DNA of 64,000 nt, from the NCBI GenBank assembly GCA_043228905.1, contig JBHGNT010000008.1, forward strand, positions 16,802,001 through 16,866,000, given 5' to 3'. Below are positions 25,637 to 38,291 of the stretch, piece by piece. The translations under genes and the position numbers were made by a program. The number at the start of each line of letters is the position of its first letter. The stretch's first letter is position 1. The notes under the pieces are model-generated. The model saw nothing but the letters and a program-made list of their open reading frames with translations. It did not search any database and was not told the origin of the DNA. This DNA is from Azolla caroliniana (taxonomy: Eukaryota; Plantae; Polypodiophyta).

Positions 25637-28600
25637 TACTCCCCTTCTTTAAAACATTGCACTCTTGCAATGGAAAGTTAGGGAAGTTTGTTCTTAGAGT
25701 ATTCTCGCGTTCCCATGTGGCATCTTTGATAGATTTGTCCATCCATTTAATTTTAAATTCTCGGATTTCTTTAATATGTAACTTTTTTGTTTTAACATCG
25801 AGAATTCTTTCTGGTACATGTGGTTTCGAAGATAAATCTTCAGAAGTAACCAGAGTTTCAGTTGTAACTATGTTGTCGCCAGAACCTAGAAGTTCTTTTA
25901 GACGACTCACATGGAAGACTGGATGAATTCCAACACCATCGGGAAGAGCGAGACGATAGGCTGATGACCCAATGCGTTTGAGGACTGTAAAAAGTCCACA
26001 AAACCGTGGGGCTAACTTAGCGCACTTACCCGTGGACAATGTCTTAGAATTGTGAGGTACACGTAAAAATACCTTCTGTCCAGGGTTGAATACACGAGTT
26101 TGCCTATGATGGTCGGCATAAAAACGCACTCTATCTTGAGTTGTTTTTATATTATCTCGTGCAATATGCAACATATCTTGCATATCCCGAAGAAAGTTTT
26201 GTGTACTTCGCAACTCATCATGATGTATATTAACATCAATCGGGGCTCGTGGTTGAAAACCATACATCAACATAAAAGGACTATATCCCGTTGACGTATG
26301 CTTGGAGCTGTTATAAGCAAACTCCAAAATTGGGAGATAACGTTCCCATTTTGTTGGTTTTGCACCAACGTATGCTCAAAGCATGTCCTCAATAATTTGA
26401 TTTACTCGTTCTGTTTGTCCATCGGATTGAGGATGATCCGTGGAGCTCATGCTCAACGTAGTTTCTAACTTCTTAAAGACTTGCGTCCAGAAATCACTAG
26501 TAAACTTTGGATCTTGATCACTCACGATATCCATCGGTAACCCATAAAAACGAAATAATTCGTCAACGAATTGGTAAGCTAATTCAGGAGTTATTACCGT
26601 GGTTTTAGTAGCAATAAATCTGGCCATTTTAGTTAGTCGATCAACGACAACCTAGATGGCATCATGGCCTTTTTGGGTGCGAGGAAGGCTAACAATAAAA
26701 TCCATGGATATACTTTCCCACTTATTATTAGGAATGTCCAAGGGATGTAAAAGTCCTGTGGCTTTAAGCCGCTCAGCTTTGTTAACCTGACACTGGTGAC
26801 ATTTAGTCACATAGCTATGTATGTCAGGACGCATCTTAGGCCAATAAAATTGAGTGGAGATGAGAACGAGTGTACGATGTATTGCAGGGTGCCCTACTGA
26901 GGGTGCATCATGGCATTAAAAAAGAATCCTCTTTTTGACCTCGGGTAAATCTGGAACACAAACCTTCCCATTACGGTAGAGCAAACCGTTAGCAATGTGG
27001 AAGTATTCCTTCGAGGATGTGGTGGTGTCTGTTCCAGACTCAACTCTTGCCCAGTATTTTGCAAAATAACTGTCATCAGGATACTTTCCTCGAAGGTGAT
27101 CATAAAGATCTGATGTTATTTCAGTGAAGCTAAGCATGTTAACTTCACGGATGCGACTTAGTGCATCAGCGACAGTGTTCATGGAACCTTTACGATATCG
27201 TATGGAAAAATCAAAGTCTTGGATGAGATTAGTCCATCGTGCCTTACGACCTTTTAGGTCTTGTTGGTCACAAAAATATTTCAAGGACTCGTGGTCCGTA
27301 GTTACCATAAAGCGATTTCCATAAAGATAATGGCGCCATGTTTTGAGCGCGTGTATAACTGCAAATAATTCCTTTTCTTGAACGGTATACTGACATTGAG
27401 CAGAATCAAGTTTCTCGAATGCTATTGGTTTACCATCTTGATACAAGACAACACCTATAGCATAATCGCTTGCATCGGTTTCAACCTCAAAAGGTTTTGA
27501 AGGATCAGGTAAAAGAAGTGAAGGAGCCTCGCAAACCAGGTCCTTGAGTTCCTTAAAGGTGAGGTCTAATGTAGCATTCCACACAATAGGTTTTGTAGAC
27601 TTACGCGTTTGACCTTTTAAAAGATTAGTAAACGGCGTCGTCAATTGGGGGTAATTACGAAGAGACTTTCGCAAAAACCCGACAAAACCAAGGAATGATC
27701 GAACTTCTCGAATATTCCGAAGAGTGGGCCAAAGCTTGATTTTCTCAATGCGAGAAGGATAAATTTCAAACTCCTCGTTCAGTTATGAGATGTCCTAGAT
27801 AAGTAATTGATTTCTTGAAGAACTCACATTTTGAGATCTTCGCATAAAACTGTTTGTCACGCAATGTTTGTAAAACAAAGCGGACATGTCTAGCATGTTC
27901 TTTTAATGTACGGCTATAAACTAAAATATCATCCAAGAAAATAACGACAAATTTTCCAAGTTATTCTCGGAAAATGTCATTCATTTCTTGTTGAAAAGTA
28001 GTCGGAGCATTGGTCAAACCAAAAGGCATAACCAAAAACTCGTAATGGCCATAACGCGTACGAAATGCCATTTTAGGAACATCGTCCTCACTTATTCGTA
28101 TTTGATGGTAGCTAGTACGGAGATCAAGTTTCGTAAAATACCGAGCTCCCTGGAGACGGTCAATTAGATCGTCAGCCCGGGGCAATGGGTACGAATTCTT
28201 GATCGTCACTTTATTCAAGCGTTGGTAATTAATACACATACGCCATGTGCCCTCTTTCTTTTTTACCAAGAGAACTGGTGCACCCCCTGGAGATTTACTA
28301 TAACGTATATAACCCATTCGTAAATAGTCCTTGAGTTGCTTAGATACCTCATCTTCTTCGGATCGACTTAAGCGATACGGAGGTATACTTATTGGTGCAA
28401 CACTAGGTACAATATCTATACAATGGTCTATATTACGTTTAGGAGGTAACCCATCAGGTAGTTCACTTGGAAAAACATCATGAAAATCATTTAAGATTTC
28501 ATCAAGTTGTTGTTGTTCAAAATATGTTAATTGAACCGGAACATTATCGATATTGTAAACGTGAATGTCCAGATCAAGTACACAATAAAATAACGTAGAA

Positions 28601-29112
28601 CAAGACAACTCGGATTTTGATGAACACGAGGAAACAATCGAGAGGGATTGTTTTTTGATACATTGAATAAAATGTGTACAATCGTTCAATACTAAAGAAA
28701 TGGAATGGCGAACCCAATCAATAAATAAAGAAGAGTTTTTATTATAAAACCAGGGATAACCCAGTATTACATTGGTGGTACAAAGATTCATTACATGGAA
28801 GTCTACATCCTCTATATAAGTATCAGTAGAAATTCCTAATGAATGAATCACCCCGTTGATGTATTGTACTCTTCCATCAGCCAAGTGCATTGTGTAGGTG
28901 TTATCACTTACGGTGGGTTGGATTCCCCATATCTGAACCAAACGATCATTCACAAAATTGTGTGAGCTTCCCGAATCAAATAAAAATTGTACGGGAGATC
29001 CATTGATATACCCGTTTGCACGTAGTAAATCATTGGGACCCAATACATAGTGAGGGAAAGAACATTGACAATTACTTAAATGATGTGTATAGACCTGAAG
29101 GACATTAGGAAT
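25623..29112 (-). pseudogene. pol: protease, RT, RNase H, integrase, chromodomain
   Basis: [11 protein letters not shown]; [29 protein letters not shown]; ETDASDYA, EKELFAV; SMDFI, IVSDQDPKF, HPQSDGQTER; chromodomain PERILD..FKIKW..DATWE. Broken into several ORFs. Confidence 0.93.
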
Positions 29113-30051
29113 CTAACCTTTATGGTCTGAAGCTTTAGGTTTGCTGTCGTGCTCTTTCCGTTGGAGCTTTCGACATTGCTCTTTTGTGTGACCCTTCTTT
29201 TTGCAGAATACGCAAAAAGGATGTTGTCGCTTACAATCGCGATCCAGGAATTCGTTGGGTGTCTTGCGTTTCCCAACAAATTGCGACAGCTTAGTCCCGG
29301 GCGCTTCGTTGGGTTTGTTGTGGTCCTTCTTCGAAGTGTGTTGATAGCGAAGAACTATTTCAATGGCCTTTTCGAAGGATTTTGGATCCTTATCATGCAC
29401 TATCCAGTGATAGTCCGAATTGGGGATTCCATTGACAAAACAAGCTATCAACCAATTGTCCCCTTCTAGACCCGATTTTTGGATTTGGGTTCTAGCATGG
29501 TGAACATAGTCTTCTAGCGAGGAAAATTTCCTACTAGAGAGGTTCATTAAAGCTTGTGCTGCCTCGGTTCGAGAGGGAGGTTGCAGAAATTGGCCCTTAA
29601 AAACCGTGACAAAATCTGTCCAGGTATCGGGCAATTTCCCCATAGTACGGAGCCCACACCACCAGGCGGCGGCCTTACCCCCGAGTTCTCGGCCGACATA
29701 TACAATCTTCGTACTATCTGGCGTGGGATAGAGCTCAAAATGAGACTCCCATCGTCCCAGCCATGTGCAGATTGCTTCTTCGGTTCTTTCCTTTTTGTCT
29801 CCCGTAAATGGCTTAACGACAAATGATGGTTCACCTTGTCGCTCATCAGGTCTATTAGTCTCATGTTGTAGACTAATGACACGCGCCTCAAGAGCACTCT
29901 GAGATTGCCGAAGTTCGGTCATTTGTTGAGCGGTGAAACTAAGGTATTGGCTTATTTGTGCCAAATACATCTCAGTGGACATTTGTCTAGGAGGATTCCC
30001 TTGAGTTCCTTCCGCTTGAGCGGATGACATCGGGTCGTTAATTTGAGCCAT
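29113..30051 (-). CDS. Retrotransposon gag with CCHC zinc knuckle
   Basis: 312-aa ORF with LGGKAAAWW and CVFCKKKGHTKEQC. Confidence 0.88.
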   Translation of the reverse strand: MAQINDPMSSAQAEGTQGNPPRQMSTEMYLAQISQYLSFTAQQMTELRQSQSALEARVISLQHETNRPDERQGEPSFVVKPFTGDKKERTEEAICTWLGRWESHFELYPTPDSTKIVYVGRELGGKAAAWWCGLRTMGKLPDTWTDFVTVFKGQFLQPPSRTEAAQALMNLSSRKFSSLEDYVHHARTQIQKSGLEGDNWLIACFVNGIPNSDYHWIVHDKDPKSFEKAIEIVLRYQHTSKKDHNKPNEAPGTKLSQFVGKRKTPNEFLDRDCKRQHPFCVFCKKKGHTKEQCRKLQRKEHDSKPKASDHKG

Positions 30052-31740
30052 TAAAGATTATTTCTGGAAAAGAAATAGGATAAGGTCAGAGAGATAGTCA
30101 TAACATCATGTCGTGATGTAAACATATCATGGGAAAACATTAATCGATATCATGATCTCACGTTAATACCCCTCTAGACGTATGAGATGAGGTTCAAGAT
30201 CAGGTTACTATGGTAACACAAAGGTGTTTTAAAAACCATGGGGGTGACAATTTAATGTCTTTCCCTAATCTCTATATCGATTTTTTCATGGCGGCTCCCC
30301 GAGGCTCAACCATGTATGTTCGCGTCATGAGTAGTTTATACACGAAAAAAATGTTAACAATACTATGTTTCTTTGCCAACATATGTGGTTTCGGCTCTTT
30401 AAGTCCTATTACGAGGACCCCGAGGTGCACTTAGACCTTAAGTCTAAACATGTGTTATAGTCATATGTATGAAGGATATTGTATGGTCTTGGTCATATTT
30501 GAACTCGAGACCTCGAGAACAAATACATTAAACACTTGAGCTAACCAAGTACGTTGCTCTTCTCGAATGCTTAATGTTTGATGCGTATAAGAGATATGCG
30601 AGGCATTTGATCATATACGTTTTTTTTAAAAGAACATATATGTCAAGGGTCCTTATTTCGCCCTCATTTACCAAAACTATGTTGGTACGTTACCTAACCT
30701 CAAGTCTCGTAATTACGATGGCATACGCCAAAGTGCAACCTAATGGTCAAGCCAAATGAGCCCTCGTTTCGTAGTAGGCCCACGTGGCCCATCACATGAT
30801 CACGTCATTATGAATGCCTCTCGTAAGAACGAGCTCATGGTGGCATCGTATCCATGTAACGAGGGAGGGATGTTGGATACATGTGTCATTGGAGCGACCT
30901 CACTTGAAGTGGGTCACGCCCTACGTACTCAACATCATTATGGCTATATGCGTTTCTTTACGTAACGAAATTGAGGTCATCAACGGGGTTGTCAACAATC
31001 AAAAATTGTTGAAAAAGGGATGGTGACAACGCCATTCTCACAAAAATGTGAGGACGGCCACCAACATCCTTTTCCCGACAAGGACAACTTTCGATATAAT
31101 CACGTAATAATGAATATACACCATATGTTTACTTATCACATATATACGATCAAATACGTATATACGTGACCACATATGCCTATATTAAACATATCGTTAT
31201 ATTAAATAGCCACAAATGATGTGATCGAGATACGTAATCGAGGTATATACCTCTACGCACACGAAACATCCACAAATAAGAGATCATCGTAATACACAAT
31301 TGAGGTATTGACCTCTTACGCATACGAGACCAAACACATATCCTTTACAACAATTGAAGGTATTAAACTCATACACAAACGTAACATATGTTCGTGAACA
31401 TAATACGTAATTGAGGTATTAACCTTGTACGCATACGACACTCATCACATATTATTTATATGTCAAACGAGGTATTGACCTTGTGCACATATGTAAACAT
31501 TTTAGATAATCAATTAAAGACCACTACAACATCATTGACTTAATGAAAAAAAATGACATATAAACTAAACACATGATTAGATGGGAGAAGAGAGAATAGA
31601 AAAAAAAAATACGGAAAGAGTTACCGAAGTTCTTTGTTGATCGTTGTTTGGATCAAGGCCGACCGCACATCGATCGATCACCATCAATCAAAAGACAAAA
31701 GACAAACAAAGAAACATTAGTACATAGCTCTGATACCAAA

Positions 31741-32195
31741 TATTAGAGATCTAGGTACTCAAGTAAGCTTAAGATAAGGATAAACTAATGATAGATAGAA
31801 AGGAGAAAGAGAAAGAAGGGTGCCGATCCACCCGACCACCCCCGAGCGAAGCGATCGAGACGGACTCGAGCCTCGATCAGCGTCCCATACCACCGTCGTG
31901 GCGTCGAGTCGTACCTGGTGCTGGCGCGCTTGCTACAAGAGTTGACCCACCACAAGAGCAGAGTCTCGATGTAGTCAAAAGATGATCAAATGAGGCTAGT
32001 TAGGCCTCTTATTTATAGCGATACCCAAGGCCCCCAGGTAAGTTCACACTTGACCTAATGGGTTGTCTCAATCCCGAGGATTAAAAGTAATCCTCCCCTT
32101 CTTTACACTTTCGTTTAACCCTCACACTTATCCACGTGTATAGAATACTACGGTAAATTCTCACCACGGGATATTAAATGGTCATGCCTGTAACA
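31741..32195 (-). repeat. 5' LTR of the chromovirus
   Basis: Adjacent to the PBS and a direct repeat of 25183-25636. Confidence 0.95.
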
Positions 32196-32469
32196 CCTAC
32201 TCCTAAGCCAAACACACATAAACTGATTAGAAGATGATGTGACAAAATGTTTCAAAATAATGATATTTAAAGTTGCAACATGGCTCAAATGACTTCAATA
32301 ATCAAATGTGTAAGGCCTTTGTACCCAATATTCTCCTCGTCCTTTTATTATTAGAAAAATATTTGCCATCTAAGATTTGCCAACATTTTAAGGCCATTAC
32401 CAAAGGAAACTTTCCCATTATTTGTCACAAAAGAAACATTTTCACATGAAATCGAAGATGTTATTACCA

Positions 32470-33929
32470 TCACACATCCAACATTTGATGGGTTGTAGTT
32501 GACAATCTAACTAAAATGGTTTGGTTTATTGCTACTAGCACCACGGTAATAACTCCTAAATTGGCATATGAGTTAATATTATGTTTTTATGGGTTACAGA
32601 TGGATATTGTGAGTGATCACAATTTAAAGTTTACTAGTGACTTTTGGACGCATTAAGTCTTTAAGAAGTTGGAAACTACCTTGAGCATGAGCTCCACGGA
32701 TCATCCTCAATTCGATGGACATATAGAACGGGTAAATCAAATTATTGAGGACATGGTTTGAGTATGCGCTGCTACGAAGCCAACAAAATGAGAATGTTAT
32801 CTCCAAGCATACATTGACGGGATATAGTCATTTTATGTTGATGTATGGCTTTCAGCCATGAGCCCTAATTGATATTAATATACATCGTGATGAGTTGAAA
32901 AGTACATAAAACTTTCTAAGGGATATGCAAGATATGTTGCATACTGCACGAGATAATATAAAATAGCTCAAGATAGAGTGTCTTTTTATGCCGACCATAA
33001 CAGGCAACCTCGTATATTCAACCCTAGACAGAACGTCTTTTTATGTGCACCTCACGATTCTAAGACATTGTCTACGAGCAAGTGCGTTAAGTTAGCTCCG
33101 AAGCTTTGTGAACCTTTCACAATCCTCAAAGACATTGGTTCATCATCCTATCATCTCGCTCTTCTTGATGGTATTGAAATCCATCCAAGTTTTCATGTAA
33201 GTTGTCTAAAAGACCTTTTTGGTTCTAGTGATAATATAGCTACAACTGAAACTCTGGTTAGTTCTGAAGATTTAGCTTCTCAACCACATGTACTAAAGAA
33301 ATTTTTTGATGTTAAAACAAAACATATGCATTCAAAAATAAACGAGAATTTAAAATTAAATGGATGGATAGGTCTATAAAAGTAGTTACATGGGAACAAG
33401 AAAACACCATTAAAACTAACTTCCCTAACTTTGCATGTTACAAGAGTGCATAGTTTTAAAGACGGGAAATGTGTTACGAGCATGACCATATTTTATCCTA
33501 TGGTAGTTTGTATTGTAGTATTCTACACATGGGGATAAAAGTGTGAGGATTAATTGAGAGTGTAAAGAAGGAAGGATTACTTTAATCCTAGGGATTGAGA
33601 CAACCCATAAGGGTCAAGTGTGAACTTGATTGGGGGCTTTAGATATGGCTATAAATATGAGGCCTAGCTAATATCATTGGACACATCATTCAATTACGTT
33701 GAGATTGTCATCTTGTGGTGAACAAACTCTTGTATCGAGCATGTGCAAGTACCATGTTTGACTCAAAGCCACGACGGTGGTATCTAATGTCGATCAAGGG
33801 TTGGGTTTGTCTCGGTCCCTTCGCTCGGGGGTGGTTGGGTGGATTGACACCCTTTTGTCTCTCTCTTTCTCTTTACTGTCTATCATTTATTTCCTTATTT
33901 CATGCTTACATTAGAAATAATCTCTGACA
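32470..33929 (+). mobile_element. Older truncated copy of the same chromovirus family (integrase, chromodomain, 3' LTR 33472-33929) in opposite orientation
   Basis: Colinear with the reverse complement of 25183-26660. LTR TGTTACG...TCTCTGACA. Many stops. Confidence 0.9.
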
Positions 33930-34423
33930 AAAACACACAATTATATCAATAAATGTGTGCGAAAAACTTAGTGTGGTCACCACTACATGGGTAGTTGGGA
34001 CATGTTGCATCAACAATAGGCAAGATGACCACTCCACTGAGGAAAGAAATCCGACTTGTCCCAATAAACAAATTTGCCACATCGTCCCATCCTTCAACTT
34101 TTGTAGATATGTGCTAACTCCATGCCGACCATCAAATACAAAAGCATTGTGTATATCCTAATTAAGATGCAACCCCCAAATCGGAAATAGGAAAATGATC
34201 TCCTCTATCATATCTTGGGTCAACCGACGTGAATTGTGCAAACACCCACCATCTTGGTGTCAAATAACAATGTCACAAACATAACCTTTGGTTTAGAGCT
34301 ATACCAACATTCAACTCTTTCATATGTTGTATGCAAAACTCTCCTGATGCCCTCATAAGTTTCTGTGCATCTCTCCAAGTAGTTGCCAGAAAGAGAGAAA
34401 GAGAGAAAGAGAGAGAAAGACAA

Positions 34424-34655
34424 GAAAAGCACCACATCATCTGTGTTGATGGACTACATTCCCAATGACTACAACTTCAGGACGAGCACCACATCATCTG
34501 TATCGATGAACTACATTCCTGATGACTACAACTTCAGGAAGAGCACCACATCATCTATATTGATGGACTACATTCCCAATGATTACAACTTCAGGAAAAG
34601 CACCACATCATCTGTGTGTGATGGACTGCATTCCCGATGACGACAACTTCTTCAA
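34424..34655. repeat. 57-bp tandem repeat x4 upstream of the MAM33-like gene
   Basis: AGCACCACATCATCT..GACTACATTCC..GACTACAACTTCAGG at 34428, 34485, 34542 and 34599. Confidence 0.92.
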
Positions 34656-35013
34656 TGTCGTCTTCTGTTATAGACTTGGTGGCCATTTTGTTCAAATTCG
34701 TGAACGCAAAGAAAGGACGAGTGGGGATTGAATCAATCGATACATATGAAATCGCCTCTGGGCAAGACAAAAATGTCCATTTTGTTCGAATTCATGAATG
34801 CAAAGGGAGGAACAAGTGGGGAGCGGATTCGATCGATACATAGGAATCGCATCTGGGGCCTGGGCAGGACAAGGCAAGAAAAACAAAGAAAAAGGCTCAG
34901 GGGCATTTGAGGGAATAAAGGAAAACTCAGGGGTATTCTTGTGAGGACAGCCTTAACTGATGAAAAGAAGAAGAAGAAGAAGAAGAAGAAGAAGGGTTTA
35001 AGATTAATAAGAG

Positions 35014-35120
35014 ATGTCAAGGTTTCTCAGACAAATCCCTCGTCTTTTTCTCATTACATCTCAGGCAGAACTCCGCTACATCCATTCCCTCTCTTCTTCT
35101 TCTTCTTCTTCTTCTTCTTC

Positions 35121-35160
<40 letters not shown>

Positions 35161-37521
35161 CCCTCCTCTTCTTCTGAGGATGATCTTGATTTGCTCAAAT
35201 CTCTGCAGCTGCAAATCCAGAACAAGTCCCAGATCGGTAATCTATCTGTTACTTCATTTAAGACACAATTCGTTTTGTTAAGCTCTTTTAGTTTTTTTTT
35301 TAAGCGTCATTCTTTAGGGTTTTATAAGATTGTTTTAGGTTTTTCTTTCTCGTTTAATCTTGTTCTTCTGTGCATTTTTTTATCAGGGTTTCTTCATTCC
35401 TTCTAAATGCTTATTCACTCTGTTTTTATTTATGCGCGTTTAAAGTTTTACTCTATAAAACTCCAAATGGATAATTTTTTATACATTTTCAGGCATGTAT
35501 CTATATTTAGTAGCATTTATACGTTTTCTAGGGTTTCAATATGAGATGTGATGTTTTTTACTAGCATGTTTGATTCTATTCAATGCTTCTATTTTTTTGC
35601 ATCTCTTTGGGTTTACAGTGCATTATTTTTAATTGCTACCATGATTTACTCTACTTAATGGTTCTCTTTTCTATATGCATGTTTAGGGTTTCAATTTGAG
35701 GTATGCTGTAGTTAGTATGGTCTATATGTTTTAATTGGCTTTACATTTTTAATGGTTCCCTATGACATATTATTTTTTAATCAGCATGATTCATTATTAG
35801 GCTCTTTGAAGGAAACCCTAATTCAACTACCACATCCATTTCACATGGTAAATCGGCCGAACACAAAAGAGCTCTTCTTACATAGGCAATTCGGAGAGGA
35901 AAACATTGAGATTTCATGTGTGTATCATGACCAAACATACGGTGAAGAATATGATGAAGAGGAAGACGGCTTTGATCCTCGGGACCCGAATGTACCCATG
36001 AAGATGGTTCAAATGTTTATCCATATTTCAGTAGGTACCCTGATGCCTTTCCTGGAGATAGTTTGTTGTGCTTTTGAGAACAAATCTACAATTGAAAAAG
36101 TGTTATTAAAGGATGGAGACCACAGTTCAAAGCTTGGAGAATGCCCTTATGAGGGTCCTGACATATCGTAAGGATCAAAATTTTGTTTTCCCTTTGTTAA
36201 TGGTTATTTTAGATTGTAGTCTCTCTTAATATTAATTATTTTATTTTATAATCTTTCTCGTAGCATTAAGAATTTGATTATATCATCTTTTGTAATGTAA
36301 TTTTCTTTATTTGGGATTTTCTTTTTAGTGTTAAATATTTGATTTTGGATTCCCTTTGTTAATGTTGATTTACTAATTTTAATTTCTTGATTGCATGATC
36401 TTTCTTAATGAGCTTCATTCCTTAGATTGTATTGTTTCTCGCAGTTCTTAGTATTAAGAATTTGATTATATCATCTTTCGTAGTGTAACGTTTTTTATTT
36501 AGGATTTTCTTTCTTAGGCTTAAATATTTGATTTTAGATTTCCCTTTCTTATTGTTGATTGCTAATGTTAATTACTTGATTGTGTCGTCTTTCTTAATGT
36601 CTCTCATTTTGTTAATTGCTTGATTGTATCGTTTTTTAAAGTTGATTACTTGATTGTGACATATTTTTGCATGTTTATTGCTTGACTATATCATCTTTCT
36701 TAATCTTATTTTACTCAGATTTCGGATCATGATTTTTTTGAAATTATTAGGTCCAGGGAAATGCCCATCATTTCACCTGGTAAGACGATATTGTGAAGAT
36801 CATACTGTAAAGACCATATTATGAAGCTATATGAGAGCTAGACATCTCTTAAGGTTCTATCTCATTTCTTTATCGTGTTTCTTAATGGTAATCTACTTCT
36901 TTTTCGGGATCATGATCCGCATAAAATGGCCAATATAGAAGTGGCCCTAGATCCTGACATATCGTTAGTCTGTCTTGAGTATTTGTATTGTCTGTCTTTC
37001 TCACAATGTTTGAGAATTGTTTTCTGTCCTAGTCATCACAAATTAATATGGAATTATGAGAAAATGCTGGGAATTTGTAGTGTCTTAGAAGAAAATCTGC
37101 ATATTTCTATCTGATATTGTTCTATTGAAAAATATGTTTCTGACTAGAATGAAATTAGCATTTTATTCAAGGAGGGCATCTTTTCCTGAAAACTAGTCTT
37201 TCTAGTCCTATTTTCTTGTTAAATCAATGAAGATCATACTCGTTTGTATCGTCTTTTATTTCCTAATTTATTTGTATTAAGGACTTTTATTTTCCCTCAT
37301 CAAATAACTTGATCTACTTTTAATGAACACCTGATGATTTTAGGAAATTGAATGACAAGATAAAGGCAGCCTTTGTAGAATATCTCACTGTGCGAGGAGT
37401 CGATGATCACCTCAGCAAGTTTCTTCTCGATTTCATGCCTATCAAGGATCAAGAAGAGTATTCAAGGTGGCTCCGGAAAATAGAGGGATTTATCCAAAGT
37501 AGTCCACAAAGCGGGAATTGA
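35014..37521 (+). CDS. Mitochondrial acidic glycoprotein (MAM33/C1QBP family)
   Basis: Exons 35014-35236, 35801-36167, 37344-37521 in frame. Arg-rich presequence, acidic loop, and PYEGPDIS|KLNDKIKAAFVEYLTVRGVDDHLSKFLLDFMPIKDQEEYSRWL typical of the family. Confidence 0.88.
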
Positions 37522-37978
37522 GTATTCTTTTGCAAAGATAATTATCTTGAGTTTCATCTTTCAGGATGCTGGACCCATTCCTTTGTATAACAGCCTTTTA
37601 CCGAATTTTACCCAACCCAACATTTTGAGGTACAAACCAACATGTATATTTCACATGCCTCACAATTTTTGATTGTCAGATATATTGGGAAGATGAAAGG
37701 ACACTTATAATGAGTACTCTTTTTCAATGATAATTTCCATGAGTTTTTAAAAAAAAATCCTAGATAAAGGTGGTTTGTTTAAAGTTTTTAATTATGAGGG
37801 AGCTGAGAGTTCTTTTTCAAAGATAATTTGATTGAGTTTCATCTTTTCATATTCTTTAACCATTCTCTTGTAATGCAAATCTTTTACGGAACTTGCTCAC
37901 ACCAACATTTGTTGGTGCAAAGCATATGTATGTTTGATATTTCAGAAAGGTGTTAAGTGTATTCATAACTTTATAAGT

Positions 37979-38291
37979 AAGTTAATATGTGAACTCTATG
38001 AGAAAGGATATGGCGTGATGGGTTTTCCTTGAACAATATATTGCTCATGTGGAAACATGTTTTCTTATTACCTCTTGCAAGTTTCCAAGAGGTATATGGA
38101 ATGGCCTGATTGATTTATCTCAGACAATGTATTGTTCATACAGAAACATGCAAGAGGTAAATCAATCAGGCCGTATATCTCTTGGAAACTTTCAAGAGGT
38201 AATAAGAAGACATGTTTCCACATGAGCAATATATTGTTCAAGGAAAACCCATCATGCCATATCCTTTCTCATAGAGTTCACATATTAACTT
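37979..38291. repeat. Long near-perfect inverted repeat (hairpin)
   Basis: Arms ~37979-38121 and ~38154-38291 are reverse complements with few mismatches and one 5-nt bulge. Confidence 0.92.

Larger units (their letters stand above)
25183..32195 (-). mobile_element. Full-length Ty3/gypsy chromovirus, inactivated by stops and frameshifts
   Basis: LTRs 25183-25636 and 31741-32195. TSD CCTAC (25178-25182, 32196-32200). tRNA-iMet PBS TGGTATCAGAGC (minus, ~31727-31738). PPT AAAGAAGGGGAGTA (25637-25650). Domain order gag-PR-RT-RH-INT-chromodomain. Confidence 0.97.

Noticed and set aside
29100-29125. Programmed stop read-through between gag and pol (single in-frame TAG)
   Set aside because: No CARYYA-type read-through context, and other C>T/G>A nonsense changes occur in the same element, so CAG>TAG decay is more likely.
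34450-34640. GACTACATTCCCA resembling the vertebrate ZNF143/SBS motif
   Set aside because: That factor is animal-specific, so the match is probably coincidental.
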